From NCBI RefSeq assembly GCF_963921235.1, contig NC_086097.1, positions 244,096,001-244,160,000 of the forward strand: 64,000 bases of DNA, read 5' to 3'. The number at the start of each line of letters is the position of its first letter. The stretch's first letter is position 1. Source of the DNA: Mobula hypostoma. Taxonomy: Eukaryota. The notes beneath the pieces are model-generated. The model searched no databases and was not told where the DNA came from. It was given only the letters and a program-made list of their open reading frames with translations. The position numbers were made by a program, and so were the translations under genes. Positions 37,440-53,959 of the stretch are shown here, in pieces.

Positions 37440-39900
37440 TGCTTTCTGAGGATAGGGTGAGTGAGCTAGGGCTTTTCTCCTTATAGCAAAGGACAAAGAG
37501 AGGTGACTTGTTAGAGGTAGATAAGATGATAAGAGCCGTAAATAGAATGGACAACCAGAGATTTTTCCCAGGATGGAAATAGTTCATTCAAGGGGCATAA
37601 TTTTAAGGTGATTGGTGGAAAGTATTGTGGGGGGGGGGTGGGATTGAGGTGCCAGAGATAAGTTCTTTACACAGAGTGGTGGGTGTGTGGAACACCCTGC
37701 CAATGAAGGCGGTAGAGGCAGATACATTAGGGGCATTTAAGAAACTTCCAGTTAGCCACAGGTATGATAGAAAACTGGAGGGATTTGTAGGAGGAAAGGG
37801 TTACATTGATCGTAGAGTCAAAGAGTCATAGAACACTAGAGCACAGAACCAGGCCCTTCTGCCCATTTGGTTCTTACTGAACTACTGATCTGTCTAGCCC
37901 ATCAGCCTGTACGTTGACTACAGCTTTCCATAGCCGTCCCCTCAATGTTCCCATCCACATTTTCTTAAATGGTGGAATTGAACCCACATCCATCACTTCT
38001 GCTGGCAGCTCATTCCACCATCGCACCACCCTCTCAGTGAAGAAGTTTCCCCCCGGCAGCACCCTTGTAAATTTTCTCTGCACTCTTTCAATCTTATTGA
38101 CATCTTTCCTGTCGGCAGGTGACTAAAACTGCACACAATAGGTTAAAAAGCCGGCACAACATTGTAGGTCGAAAGGCACATACTGTGCTGTAATGTTCTA
38201 TGTATTATGTCACTGAGATTGAATGGTATGAGCTGTAAGGAGAAATAGGATAGGCTGGGGTTGTTTTCCCTGGAATATAGGAGACCGTGGAGTGACCTTG
38301 TAGAGCAATATAAAATCATGAGGGGCACAGTTAAAGTGCATGGTTGCAGCCTCTATCTCAAGGTAGGAGAGTCTAATACCAAAAGGTTAAGGAAAGGGGA
38401 GAAAGATTTTAAAAAGACCAAAGGGCATGTACTGTACTGTGCTGTTGTGTGCTGTAATATTCCATGTTGAAATGTTGTGAGAGCTTCTGCCTTCCCAACC
38501 CCAACCATTCTCCGGACAAAAGAATTCATCCAGAAATCGTATCCCCTACTTCAAAACCATGTGCTCTGGTTGCAGACACCTCCACCATGTGGTAAATTTC
38601 ACCATTTCAACTCTTTTTATGCCCTTCATAATATTATGCAGATCTTTTGAGGAAAGCAAATCCATCCCTCCTCATCACTGAGATATCCTATTGAACGAAA
38701 GGGCATGGATTAGGATGTCAGGGCTGCCATTTTGGGCAAAGAGTAGGTGTTCCACAAAATGGTTGTGAGTGCCTGCTTGCTGTCGAGGAGACCTCACTGA
38801 GAACACCAAATGTGGTAGAAATCAGTAGACCCAGTAGATTTCTGTCTTCTTTATTGCAGAAGAAACTGCATCAAAACACCTAATATTTTAGACTCAAATG
38901 GGAGAACTACAAGTCAATCATTGGAACTGATGGGAAGGGACACAGGGATCAATGAAGAATGTGCCAAAGTTTCCCAGAGGGAATGGCCTCCTGGTCATTC
39001 ATTGGTCTTGATCATTATTTAATGTGACTTTTGTCTCTCCTATCTTCTCTTTCTTTAAAAGAATGAGTGAATCTCATTGAAACCTATTGAATATTGAGAG
39101 GCCTGAACAGAGTGGATGTGGAGAGGATATTTCCACTAGTGGGAGAGTCTAGAGGGCAGAGCTTCAGAATAGAGAGATATCCACTTAGAACGGGGATGAG
39201 GAGGAATTTCTTTATGCCTCAGGATAATGAATCTGTGGAATTCATTGCCACGGACAGCTATGGAGGCCAGGTCATTGGCTCTATTTCTAACAGAAGTTGA
39301 TAGGTTCATAGTCAGGATGTCAAAGGTTACAGGGAGAAGGCAGAGGTGGATAATAAACCAGAAGGATGGAAGGATGGAGCAGACTCGATGCAGCAGAGGC
39401 CTGATTCTGCTCCTATGCCTTATGGTCTTGTGGTCTTTATTTCTTCCTGTGACTATCTCCTTTATTGTTATTTTAATAATTACCTAATCTGGTTGGTAAA
39501 AAGACTGCAAAATTGTGTGCCCTTCTCTCCACAATCTCTCCAAAGAAATTTTCACCCTCACTGCATCCCTCCAAAGAAATCTCAACCTTCCTTTACCGTG
39601 GTGACTAAAGCTGAGGGGTATAGATAGTGTAAATCGAAGCAGACTTTTTCCACTGAGGTTGAGTGAGACTTGAACTAGAGGTCAGTCATAGGTTAAGGGT
39701 GAAAAGCGAAATATTTAAGGGGATCCTGAGGAGAAACTTCTTCATTCCAAGGATGGTGCAAATGTGGAATGAGCAGCCAGCGGAAGTGATGGATGCAGGT
39801 ACGATGCCACGTTTAAGAGAAATTAGGGTAAGTACATGGATGGGGAGGGTAGTGAGGGCTATGGTCCAGGTGTAGGTTGCTGGAACTAGGCAGAATAATA
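37440..39900. mobile_element. Cluster of short, decayed CR1 3' fragments on both strands
   Basis: Recurrent NFFxxRVVxxWNxLP motifs at about 37670, 38030 (-), 39210 and 39740. Confidence 0.7.
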
Positions 39901-40129
39901 CTTCAATCAACTGTTATTACATCAACTATCCTCGTCAACTCCTCAAACAAATTCAGTAATTAGAGGCAACCTTCCCTTAATAGTTCGTGTGTCCACTTAA
40001 GTAACAGTTCTTATTTATGGGCAAAATAGCCAAATTCTGCTTCTATATCTTATGGTCTGTTTGAACCCCACCAATTTCTTAGTTTGTGCAAACCTACTAG
40101 CCACCCACTTTTTCATCCAAGTCAATAAT

Positions 40130-41410
40130 GTAACACTGCAAACACATCTACAAGGAGAGCTGTTGCAGGAAAGCAACATCAGTCACCAGATACACTCCCA
40201 CTCCAGGGCATACTCTCTTCTTGCTGCTACTATCAGGAAGAAAGTACAGGAGCCTCAGGATTCACACTGCAGGTTCAGGAACAGTTACTGCCCCTCAACA
40301 ACCAACTTCTTGAACCAGATGCGATAACTTCACTCACCTCAACACTGAACTGTTTTCTCTATCCATGGACTCTCTTTCAAAGACTCCAAAACGCATGTTG
40401 TTGATATGTATTGTTTATTTATTTATTTATATTATTATTTTGTTTCAAACGATCTTTTTGTATTTGTACAATGTCTCTTGCACTTGGTTGTTTGTACATT
40501 TTTGTTGTGAGTGACTTTTCATCAATTCTACTGTGTTTACTGTGAATGCCCACAAGAAAATGTATCCCTGTGTAGTATATGGTGACATATATGTACTCTG
40601 ATAATAAATTGACTTTCAACTTTGAAACAGCAGAGGTCCCAGCAATGTTCCTTGCAGAGCCGCTGGTCAAAGATTTCCAGTCAGAAAATCACCTCTCCAC
40701 CACTAGCGTCTGTCGTACATGATCAAGCCAATTTTATATCTAATTTACTGGTTCACCGTAGATCATATGCCTTAAAATTCTGGATCAGCCTGCCAGGAGA
40801 CACCTTGTCACGTGCTTCACTGAAGTCCATGTATACAGCATCCACTGCCCCGGCCCCCTCATTGATCAAATTTATGAGGCAGGACCTTCCCTGCACAAAG
40901 CCACAGTAACCCTGCACAAGTCCATGCTTTTCCAATTATGAGTAAGTTCTGTCTCCAATAATTTCCCCAACACTGATGTAATGATCTCTGGCATATAATT
41001 TCTTGGTTTATCCTTATTATACTCATTAAGGATGTGCTGACATTGGAGACAAATAAAAGATAAATATTACTGTGAACGTCAGTTGTAGAGTCCTTGAACA
41101 CAAGTCCCTAGGTTGTAGAATCAGTTCAGAGTTGAGGTGAGTGAAGCTATCCTCACTGGTTCAGGAGACTGATAGATGTAGGGTAACGACTGTTCCTGAA
41201 TCTGTTGGTATGGGACCTTAGGTTTCTGTACCTCCTGCCTAAATGGAGTAGCAAGAAGATAGTATGACCTGGGTGATGGGAGTCTTTAATAGTGTATGCT
41301 GCTTTCTTGGGGCAGCGTTCCTCGTAAATGTGCTCAGTGGTGGGAAGGGCTTTGTCCTGTGATGGACTGGGCTGTGTCTACCACTTCTGTAGACTTATCC
41401 ATTCCTGGGC
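40130..41410. mobile_element. Rex1/Babar 3' fragments (+ 40130-40625; - 41050-41410) around a CR1 remnant (- 40760-41015)
   Basis: Similarity to other copies in the window. Confidence 0.65.
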
Positions 41411-41839
41411 AAGACAAAACACAAATTGGGATAAAAACATAATACCTATATCCTAACTGACTTGCTTAGAAATCAATTATATGAACATTGAATTTTCCAC
41501 TTCCCAGATCTAATGGCCAGTCTTGTACCTGTCGACCTCAGGTTCAATTCTCCCATCCTCTCCCTTCACATGGTTGTATCTGTCCCTTATTCCACCTCCC
41601 TACCTAGTTCCATCTATCATCCACTAGCTTCTTGCCCGCTCCACTACCCTTGTACTTCTATATACTGGCGCTCTGATCTTTTTTCTCTCTGTCTTGATGC
41701 ATAGTCTCCATCTAAAATTTCAATGTTAATTGCTTGTCTTCATTGACACTGCTTGACCCTCTGAGTTCTTCCAGAATTCTGTATTTTTCTTTATTTCTCA
41801 TTACTGCAACCCATTTTCCAAATTAGCCATGTATTGTCT

Positions 41840-43700
<1,861 letters not shown>

Positions 43701-43737
43701 TAAGTATTACTTATTCCTGATGTTGAATCTCCTTTAT

Positions 43738-44160
43738 ATCAAGTTAAGTCAAGTTTATTGCCATTTAACTATATACTTGTGTACTACCAAATAAGAAAAT
43801 GTTTCTCCAGACCAGGGTGTAAAGCACAGTAATACACATAACATATAACATACAATAACTTAGGAAAGTAACAATTAAATCTACAAATGAATTACACATA
43901 GATAAACAAACTAAAAGTGGATAAACTAAATATTGTAGGGTACAGAACAGATTAACTGGTGACACATCAAATGCATGTGGCAGGGAGTTCAGAAGTCTAA
44001 TGGCCTGAGGGGGGGAAGCTGTTTCTCATCCTGACTGTTCCTGTCTTTATGCATCAGAGTCTCCTGCCTGATGGTAGAAAGTCAACAATGTGCTGAATGG
44101 ATGGGTGGGTTTGTTGATAATACTAAGGGCCCTGTGTACACAGCACTCCTGATAAATGTC
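43738..44160 (-). mobile_element. Rex1/Babar 3' fragment
   Basis: (AAGTC)n tail plus tttatt, and the ctcctgcctgatggtag motif. Confidence 0.65.
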
Positions 44161-44260
44161 TCTTTAACTGGATGCCAGCAAAGATTTTCTTAAAGATACA
44201 ACTCAGAAGCAGGCCCTTCCAGCCCGGTTACACCCATGTGACCAATTAACCCACTAATAT

Positions 44261-46388
44261 CGTGACCCCACTAAGGAACACCAGGCCATTGTCTCCCACA
44301 CCATCACCAACTTTATTCGCTCAGGGGATCTCGCATCCACTGCTACCAACCTTATAGTTCCCACACCTTGCACTTCCCGTTTCTACCTCTCACCCAAGGT
44401 CCACAAACTTGCCTGTCCTGGCAGACCTATTGTCTCAGCTTGCTCCTGCCCCACCGAACTCGTTTCTGCATACCTCGACACGGTTTTATCCCCCCTTGTT
44501 CAATCCCTTCCTACCTATGTTCGTGACACTTCTCACGCTCTTAAACTTTTCGATGATTTTAAGTTCCCTGGCCCCCACCGCTTTATTTTCACCATGGATG
44601 TCCAGTCCCTATATATTTCCATCCCCCATCAGGAAGGTCTCAAAGCTCTCCGCTTCTTTTTGGATTCCAGACCTAATCAGTTCCCCTCTACCACCACTCT
44701 GCTCTGTCTAGCGGAATTAGTCCTTACTCTTAATAATTTCTCCTTTGGCTCCTCCTACTTCCTCCAAACTAAAGGTGTAGCTATGGGCACCCGTATGGGT
44801 CCGAGCTATGCCTGCTTTTTTGTTGGCTTTGTGGAACAATCTATGTTCTGAAACTATTCTGGTATCTGTCCTCCACTTTTCCTCTGCTACATCGGCGACT
44901 GCATTGGCGGTGCTTCCTGCACGCATGCTGAGCTCGTTGACTTTATTAACTTTGCCTCCAACTTTCACCCTGCCCTCAAGTTTACCTGGTCCATTTCCGA
45001 CACCTCCCTCCCCTTTCTAGATCTTTCTGTCTCTATCTCTGGAGACAGCTTATCTACTGATATCTACTATAAGCCTACTGACTCTCACAGCTATCTGGAC
45101 TATTCCTCTTCTCACCCTGTCTCTTGCAAAAATGCTATCCCCTTCTCGCAATTCCTCCGTCTCTGCCGCATCTGCTCTCAGGATGAGGCTTTTCATTCCA
45201 GGACGAGCGAGATGTCCTCCTTTTTTAAAGAAAGGGGCTTCCCTTCCACCACTATCAACTCTGCTCTCAAACGCATCTCCCCCATTTCACGCACATCTGC
45301 TCTCTCTCCATCCTCCCGCCACCCCACTAGGAATAGGGTTCCCCTGGTCCTCACCTACCACCCCACCAGCCTCCAGGTCCAACATATTATTCTCCGTAAC
45401 TTCCGCCACCTCCAACAGGATCCCACCACTAAGCACATCTTTCCCTCCCCCCCGTCTGCTTTCCGCAAGGATCGCTCCCTACGCGACTCCCTTGTCCATT
45501 CGTCCCCCCCATCCCTCCCCACTGATCTCCCTCCTGGCACTTATTCTTGTAAGTGGAACAAGTGCTACACATGCCCTTACACTTCCTCCCTTACCACCAT
45601 TTAGGGCCCCAAACAGTCCTTCCAGGTGAGGCGACACTTCACCTGTGAGTTGGCTGGGGTGATATACTGCGTCCGGTGCTCCCGATGTGGCCTTCTATAT
45701 ATTGGTGAGACCCGACGCAGACTGGGAGATCGTTTTGCTGAACACCTACGTTCTGTCCGCCAGAGAAAGCAGGATCTCCCAGTGGCCACACATTTTAATT
45801 CCTCATCCCATTCCCATTCTGACATGTCTATCCACGACCTCCTCTACTGTAAAGATGAAGCCACACTCAGGTTGGAGGAACAACACCTTATATTCCGTCT
45901 GGGTAGCCTCCAACCTGATGGCATGAACACTGACTTCTCAAACTTCCACTAATGCCCCACCTCCCCCTCGTACCCCATCTGTATTTATTATATACACACA
46001 TTCTTTCCCTCTCTCTCCTTTTTTGTCCCTCTGTCCCTCTGACTATACCCCTTGCCCATCCTCTGGGCTTTTCCCCCCATCCCCCTTTTCCTTCTCCTTG
46101 GGCCTCCTGTCCCATGATCCTCTCATATCCCTTTTGCCAATCACCTGTCCAGCTCTTGGCTCCATCCCTCCCCCTCCGGTCTTCTCCTATCATTTTGGAT
46201 CTCCCCCTCCCCCTCCCACTTTCAAATCTCTTACTAGCTCTTCCTTCAGTTAGTCCTGACGAAGGGTCTCGGCCCAAAACGTTGACTGTACCTCTTCCTA
46301 GAGATGCTGCCTGACCTGCTGCGTTCACCAGCAACTTTGATGTGTGTTGCTTGAATTTCCAGCATCTGCAGAATTCCTCGTGTTTGTG
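44261..46388 (+). mobile_element. 5'-truncated Penelope-like retroelement (RT, GIY-YIG endonuclease, 3' pLTR)
   Basis: One frame 44261-45952 with stops at 44849 and 45602. Motifs PKVHK..PGRPIVS, MDVQSLY, GVAMGTRMGP, YIGD and VIYCVRCSRCGLLYIGET. A 14-bp TSD taacccactaatat lies at 44247-44260 and 46389-46402, inside a SINE. Confidence 0.95.
46252..46287 (+). ncRNA. Minimal hammerhead ribozyme motif, probably inactive
   Basis: AGTC CTGACGA AGGGTCTCGGCCC AAAA CGTT GACT. GAAA is changed to AAAA and GTC to GTT, both CpG-type changes. Confidence 0.75.
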
Positions 46389-47419
46389 TAACCCACTAAT
46401 ATGTATATCTTTGGAATGTGGGAGGAAACCCACGCCGTCACGGAAAAAGCGTACAAACTCCATACAGAGAGCGACAGGAACTGAACTCAGGTCACTGGCA
46501 CAGTAAAGCATGACCATAACCGCTACACTACCGTAGATTTACATCTACCATTTTAAATTTCCTGTTTTAGATGGTAAAACTATCAGCAGCAGCGATTATA
46601 ACATAACACGGAGAGAACATACAGACACGTTACAGAGTTGAACTTCGAAATCTGGAACACACCTAACTCTGTCGGGTCGTGCTAACCACTATTACCGTGG
46701 TGCCTGCACATCAAACCGTTGACACACACAGTCTGAGAATTGCATTGGAGAAGCCCGCAGGTGTCACCATGCTTCCGGTGCCAAAATAGTATGCTCACGG
46801 CTTAGTAAGTAAAGCCCCTCCAGTCTCTCCTTGCAACTGAAGTACTACATCTCCTGGTGAATCTCCTCCGTAGCCTCTCCAGTGTAATAACATCCATGCT
46901 AAACTAGAGCAACACGAATTGTGTTAATTAGGCTCAGGCCTAATTAATGTTTCACAAGCTCTTCACTCTTATATTCTACATCCCGCTAATGAAGGGACAT
47001 ATTGGCCTTCTAAACCAGCTTAGCCTATTTCAGGGACCCTTGGAGAGGATAAGGTCTCTGTAAATCGAATTCAGGTTTATTATCACCACCAAGTGTTGTG
47101 AAGTTTGTTGTTTTGCAACTGCAGTACAGAACAATACTATTGTTCTGTGGTGTCCCTCAGGGGTTAGTGTTGGGACCACTTCTTTTCACGTTGTATGGCA
47201 ATGATTTAGATGACTGAATTGATGGCTTTGTGGCTAGGCTTGCGGACAATACAAAATTTAGGTGGAGGGTCAGGTAGTGTTGAGGAATCAGGAAGACTGC
47301 AGGAGGAATTGGATAGACTGGGAGAATGATCAATGAAGTGGCAGATAGAATATAGTGTAGAGAAGTGCATTGAAACATACAGTGAAATGCGTCTTTTGCA
47401 TTAACAAACACACCCAAGG

Positions 47420-47826
47420 ATGTGCTGGGTACAAAGTACCCAGGACATCTTCAAGAAGCAGTGTCTCAGAAAGGCAGCGTCCATTATTAAGGGCACCCAG
47501 CACCCAGGGCATGCCTTTTTCTCACTGTTACCATCAGGTAGGAGGTACAGAAGCCTGAAGGCACATACCCAGCGATTCAGGAACAGCTTCTTCCCCTCTG
47601 CCATCCGATTCCTAAACGGACATTGAACCCTTGGACATTACCTCACTTTTTAAATATACATTTGTTTTTCAGAAATTTTTAATCTATTCAATATACATAT
47701 ACTGTAATTGATTTGCCTATTTATTCTTTTTTCTTCTATATTATTATGTATTGCATTGAACAACTGCTGCTAAATTAGCAAATTTCACGACTCATGCTGG
47801 TGATAATGAACCTGATTCTGATTCTG
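47420..47826 (+). mobile_element. Rex1/Babar 3' end
   Basis: HPGHAFFSLLPSGRRYRSLKAHTQRFRNSFFPSAIRFLN and a (GATTCT)n tail. Confidence 0.85.
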
Positions 47827-48806
47827 TCTGCTGGTGCCGCCATGGTGTTGAGGTCAACAGAGAACACAACAAGCAACAGAACACGTTCCTTTTCTCTCTC
47901 CGCCCGCCCTTCCACCCACACACAGTCCTCCAACTCTGGCACTTGTATTGGGACCACCAAGGCTTCAGCTATCAGGCTACAGATTCCAGACTTCCAATTG
48001 ACCTTCGAGTTTTGATGTTCAGTATCGACCCCCGGACAAGCTGATGACGATACCCCACGGCTTGAACTTTGCAGGCGTCGACTGCCTGGCCCTCTTCCTC
48101 CTTGTGCCTCCTGCTCACACAGGTATGCGTTGACCTGGGACAGACTGAGCACCAAGGATGTTTTTACTCATCCCCATCTCCACGTCACTGGCCTTTGATC
48201 GTGGAGTGGAGTTCTGGACTCCGGATGTCCTTCATCCCATGTCCATGTCGCTGGTCTTACGGAGCAGAGCCCTCAATTTCTAATGTCCTTCATCACTCTT
48301 TCCACTGCTGACCCCTCGATGAGGACTGTTGTGTGTTCTCCTGACTTCCCCTTCCTGAAATCCACAAAAAAATTCCTTGTGGTTCTCAAACTTCTTAGAA
48401 ACTACCGTTCATCACGTGTCTTCCTGCCTATTTATCCCCTCTAAACACATCGCCTCATACCTATTTGGATTAAGTTACCTCTGCCACTGCAATCCAACAA
48501 TTCATCAATAACTTGCTCCAACCCAAGACTAACCTCACTGTCAACAACAAAACTAATTTTCACGTCCAATGCAAACTAATGACACCTCCGACGTTCACAT
48601 CCTGATTTCTAATGTTGTGACAAACTTCAAGCATCTCAGCTATGCACCACTGCTTATAGGTTTCCAGTCACACAGAAAAAAAACAGCCCCTCCCCGCTTC
48701 CTATTAAATTGAGGCAACCTTGGAACCAATTTGGTGAAGTGGTGAATTAAATTGGTAAATTAATTGATTTCTGTCACGAGTACTGAATCAGAATCAGGAT
48801 CCGGTT

Positions 48807-49255
48807 TGTCGCGAGTTCAGTGAGGGCCCAAGTGCAGAGACACAGAGTAAACAGTTCACTGAGTTTTAATAAGAACTGTACTGAACATCGGAAAATAATG
48901 AACACTGGACCAAAAGGGCTACTGACTAAAATCTCTCAAGTTAACTAAAAACCAACGTAATCACTGCGGCTCGAAAGCAGTAACCTAGAACTAAATTAAT
49001 ACCGCTCCTTTAACAGTGTCTCATAAAATCACCGGTCTTCTTTTCCCTGGAACATGAACTGAGGGTAGCAGGGAGCGTTGTCGTCGCCGTACTTCAATGA
49101 AGATTGGATAAAACTGAACTAAAGAGAGGAGAGTTAAATAGAGTTACAAAGAAATCCTAACTGGCTAGAATATGTACATTCTCATGCAAGTGATTGCCAT
49201 CTTCTTTCAATTACCCGCCTGCGAGCACACCGGAACTCTGCGGCAGTGACTCCAG
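48807..49255 (-). mobile_element. Possible solo-LTR remnant
   Basis: Begins TGTC on +. The minus strand has a TATA-like tatttaa (~49134-49140) and ATTAAA (~48865-48870). The right boundary and TSD were not resolved. Confidence 0.35.
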
Positions 49256-49261
49256 TTGTGG

Positions 49262-49740
49262 ACTGGAGGAACTCAGCAGGTCAAGCAGCTTCTATTGGAA
49301 ATGAATAAATAGTCGACATTTCAGGCCAAGGTCCTTCTTCAGAACTGGAAAAGAAGGGGGAAGACGCCAGAATAAAAAGGTGGAGGGGGGAGTGTGGAAG
49401 GAGGATAGGTAGAAGGTAATAGATGAAACCAGGTGGGTGAGAAAGATAAAAACCTGGAGAGGAAGGAATCAGATAGGAGAAGAGAGTGGACTATAGGAGA
49501 TAGGAAAGGAGGAGGGGACTCAGGGGGAGGTGAGAGGAGGAAAGAGGCCAGAATGGGGAATAGACTAAGAGAGGAGGGTGAAGAAAATATATTTTTTACA
49601 GGAAGAAGTCACTATTCATGCTATCAGGTTGGAGACTATCCAGACAGAACATAAGGCTTTGCCTCTCCACCCTGAGGGTGGTCTCATCATGGTACAAGAT
49701 GAGGCCATGGACTGACAGGTCAGAACAGAATGGGAGTTGA
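49262..49740 (-). mobile_element. Penelope-like 3' end (GIY-YIG C-terminus, UTR, hammerhead)
   Basis: Similarity to 63340-63870. Confidence 0.8.
49311..49346 (-). ncRNA. Minimal hammerhead ribozyme motif with intact core
   Basis: Minus strand AGTT CTGAAGA AGGACCTTGGCCT GAAA TGTC GACT. Confidence 0.65.
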
Positions 49741-49744
49741 TTAT

Positions 49745-50577
49745 TGACTTTAAGAGGAGGAAACCAGAGGTCCATGAACCGGTCCTCATCAGCAGATCAG
49801 AAGTGCAGGGAGTTAGCAACTTTAAATTACTGAGAGTTGTGATTTCAGAGGATCTGGAACTGCCATGACAAAGAAGACACAGCAGCGGCTCTACTTAAAA
49901 GTTTGCACAGATTCAGCATGACATCTAAAACTTTGACAAATTTCTATAGAAACGTGGTGGAGAGTTTATTGACTGGCTGCATCACAGCCTGGTGTGGAGA
50001 TAGCAGTGCCCTTGAACGGGAAAAGAAAAGCTACAGAAAGCAGTAGATACGGCTCAGTTCATCATAGAGTTCCCACCATTGAGCACGTTTACACTGTCAT
50101 AGGAAATCAACATCCATCAGCAAGGACCTGCACCATCCAGGTCATGCTGTCTTCTCACTGCTTGCCAACAGGAGCCTCAAGTTCCACACCAGCAGTTCAG
50201 GAACAGTTATTATAATTTTTACCCCTGAGCCATCAGTCTCTTGAACCAGAAGAAATAACTTCACCCAAATTCACTCACCCCATCATTGAACTGATTCCAC
50301 AATCTATGGACTCATTTTTAAAGACTTTAAAACTCATGTTCTTGATAGTTATTGCTTGTTTATGTATTATTATTTTGTTCTTTTTGTATTTGCACAGTCT
50401 GTTGTCTTTTGCACACTGGTTATTTGTCCGCCTCTGTTGTGTGCAACTTTTCATTGATTCTACTGTGTTTCTTTCCATTTACTATAAGTGCCCACAAGAA
50501 ATTGAATCTCAGGGTTGTATATGGTGACATACAGTACATGTACATTGCAAATAAATTTACATTGAACTTTGAACTTC
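49745..50577 (+). mobile_element. Rex1/Babar 3' portion
   Basis: Remnants of FKLLRV and FYRNVVESLLTGCITAW, with a (TTTGAAC)n tail. Confidence 0.75.
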
Positions 50578-50842
50578 TGATTTCTGAGCTGTGAAGCAAA
50601 GAGTTATGACACTTTCCAGTGTGACATTAGCTTTATTAGTTTGGTATGCCACCATTTGCCAGTGGGCCTGTTCCTGTGATGTGCTGTTCTATATAAAAGT
50701 AAATTCTTTTTATTTGTGCCTTTACAAGCTTGATTCCGTTCCTTGAGCCTGATAAAACAATCTAAACAGTTGCTTCTTTCCTGCTATAGTCTGATCATAA
50801 TACAGAGGTTTGGCATGAGTCACTTTTATCCAGAGTTCAAGT

Positions 50843-51184
50843 ACTTACCGGCTGTTATGCCGCTGGCGTTTAGAGCAGCAATAAAGGTCTTCCATCTCTG
50901 TCTGTCCATACCACTGTACACAGGAATAGAAGGATTCTTCACTGCTGTTTCTGTAACAATTTCTTTTTGACCAGTCAAGGCTGTTAGCTCTGAGCTGAAT
51001 CCCCTTACTTGGAGGACCAATGGACCACTCTTAGTCTGGCCTCTACCCTTTGACCTGTTTGGCATGGGTGACCCTACCAAGTGCCAAAGCATAAAGCCCT
51101 GGCTCCAGCCAGCATAGCTCTCCAGCTCATTGAAGCACACAATCCTCCAAACCCTGCGAATAGGTTGTGGTCCTCCTGGAGGCA
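50843..51184 (-). mobile_element. Bipartite RTE-derived SINE (family D)
   Basis: RTE-type 5' UTR joined to an RTE C-terminal remnant DRQRWKTFIAALNASG. Confidence 0.75.
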
Positions 51185-51907
51185 AAGTTCAAATACACAT
51201 GAGTAAATAAGGACATCCATTGGGTACTTTGTGAGCAGTATAACATTAAGATCTGAGATTAGCTTTGTCTCATACAGTGAAATGCGTTATCTGCTTCAAA
51301 TAAATCAATGTGGATTGTGCCGGGGTAGACTAGAATTTTCCAGCACCAACATACCATGCCTGCAGCTTACTAACCCTAACCCATATGCCTTTGGAATGAA
51401 GGAGGAAACCTACATGGTCAATGGGGAGAGATCAAAATCATATCAAATCATAGAACACAGAAATCTACAGCACAATGTTGTTCTGACCATGTAACCTACT
51501 CTAGAAACTGCCTAGAATTTCTCTAGTGCATAGCCCTCTATTTTTCAAAGCTCCATGTACCTGTCTAAGAGGCTCTTAATCAAATTCAAGTTTAATTATC
51601 TTCTAACCATACATGAATACATCTGAACAAACCAGTGTTCTTCCGGGGCTAGGGTGCAAATTATGCATATCACCTTCAAAATACTGAGCACGCAAAAAAA
51701 AAACATTTATACAGCCCAAGTCCCTGAGCAACTTGATAGTACAGTTCCCAGCAATGTACATGACTTCTTATAGACAGTGGTGGGAATTTAACCCTGATCT
51801 GTGGCTGGCACTGTACAGCGATTGTGCTAACCCCTACGCTGCCATGTGCAAGAAAATATTCTAAAGAATAGTATTAATTCCTTTTGCAGAAATGTTGATT
51901 TGATTAG

Positions 51908-52695
<788 letters not shown>

Positions 52696-52821
52696 AAATT
52701 TTTTAATCCCCACTCAATCAGTTAATCTGCTGTACATATGATGGCAGATCTGTGTACTTTAATTAATCTGCTCTAAATCGATTGGATGGGGTTTTAAACT
52801 GGTTTATGTGTAAATAAATAG

Positions 52822-53347
<526 letters not shown>

Positions 53348-53438
53348 TGTAGCTAAGGCTAAAGTCGTAACTAGGTAGAGGAGACCTAGCTAATGTCGCA
53401 AATAAGTAGAGCGTCAATAAAGTTCAGTATTACATATC

Positions 53439-53790
53439 AGGTGGCAGGGTAGAGATGCGTCTCTGCCAAAGGAGATGTAAGACGTTCTTTCTGCTAGCCT
53501 GCAGGTCTCTCTTGAGCAAGGTGTAACACCTGCTTATCCCCCCTACCCTCCGATCAGGGCCATGTGAACAGGTGGTGGATGGTCATATGAGCAGAGGGTG
53601 CATATCACAAGTCTTGTATGCAGCCACTGGCGCCAGGCAGACAGTCTCTGAAGAGTATTGATAATGAATGGGGTCACTTGTCCTGTAAAGACACTGCCCA
53701 GAAGAAGGCAATGGCAAACCTTTTTCATAGGATTTGTCAGGAACATTCATGGTCTTGGAAAGACCTTGATCACACACATCATATGACATT
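53439..53790 (+). mobile_element. Bipartite RTE-derived SINE (family E)
   Basis: Aligns with 33229-33599. Confidence 0.72.
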
Positions 53791-53959
53791 GGAGATGGGA
53801 AATGTATTGAGTACAGAAGATGGAATGTTATACTGAAATTGTGAGGCCTAATTTGGAGTACTGTGTGCAGCTTTGGTCACCTACCAACAGGAAAGATACA
53901 CATTACAAAATTCTGATTGATAAATGCATGTTGAAAACAACTGAAGAATCTACTCAAGA

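Noticed and set aside
50940..51184. HDV-like ribozyme at the RTE-derived 5' end
   Set aside because: The P1/P1.1/P2/P3 double pseudoknot could not be assigned by eye. A descriptor search would be needed.
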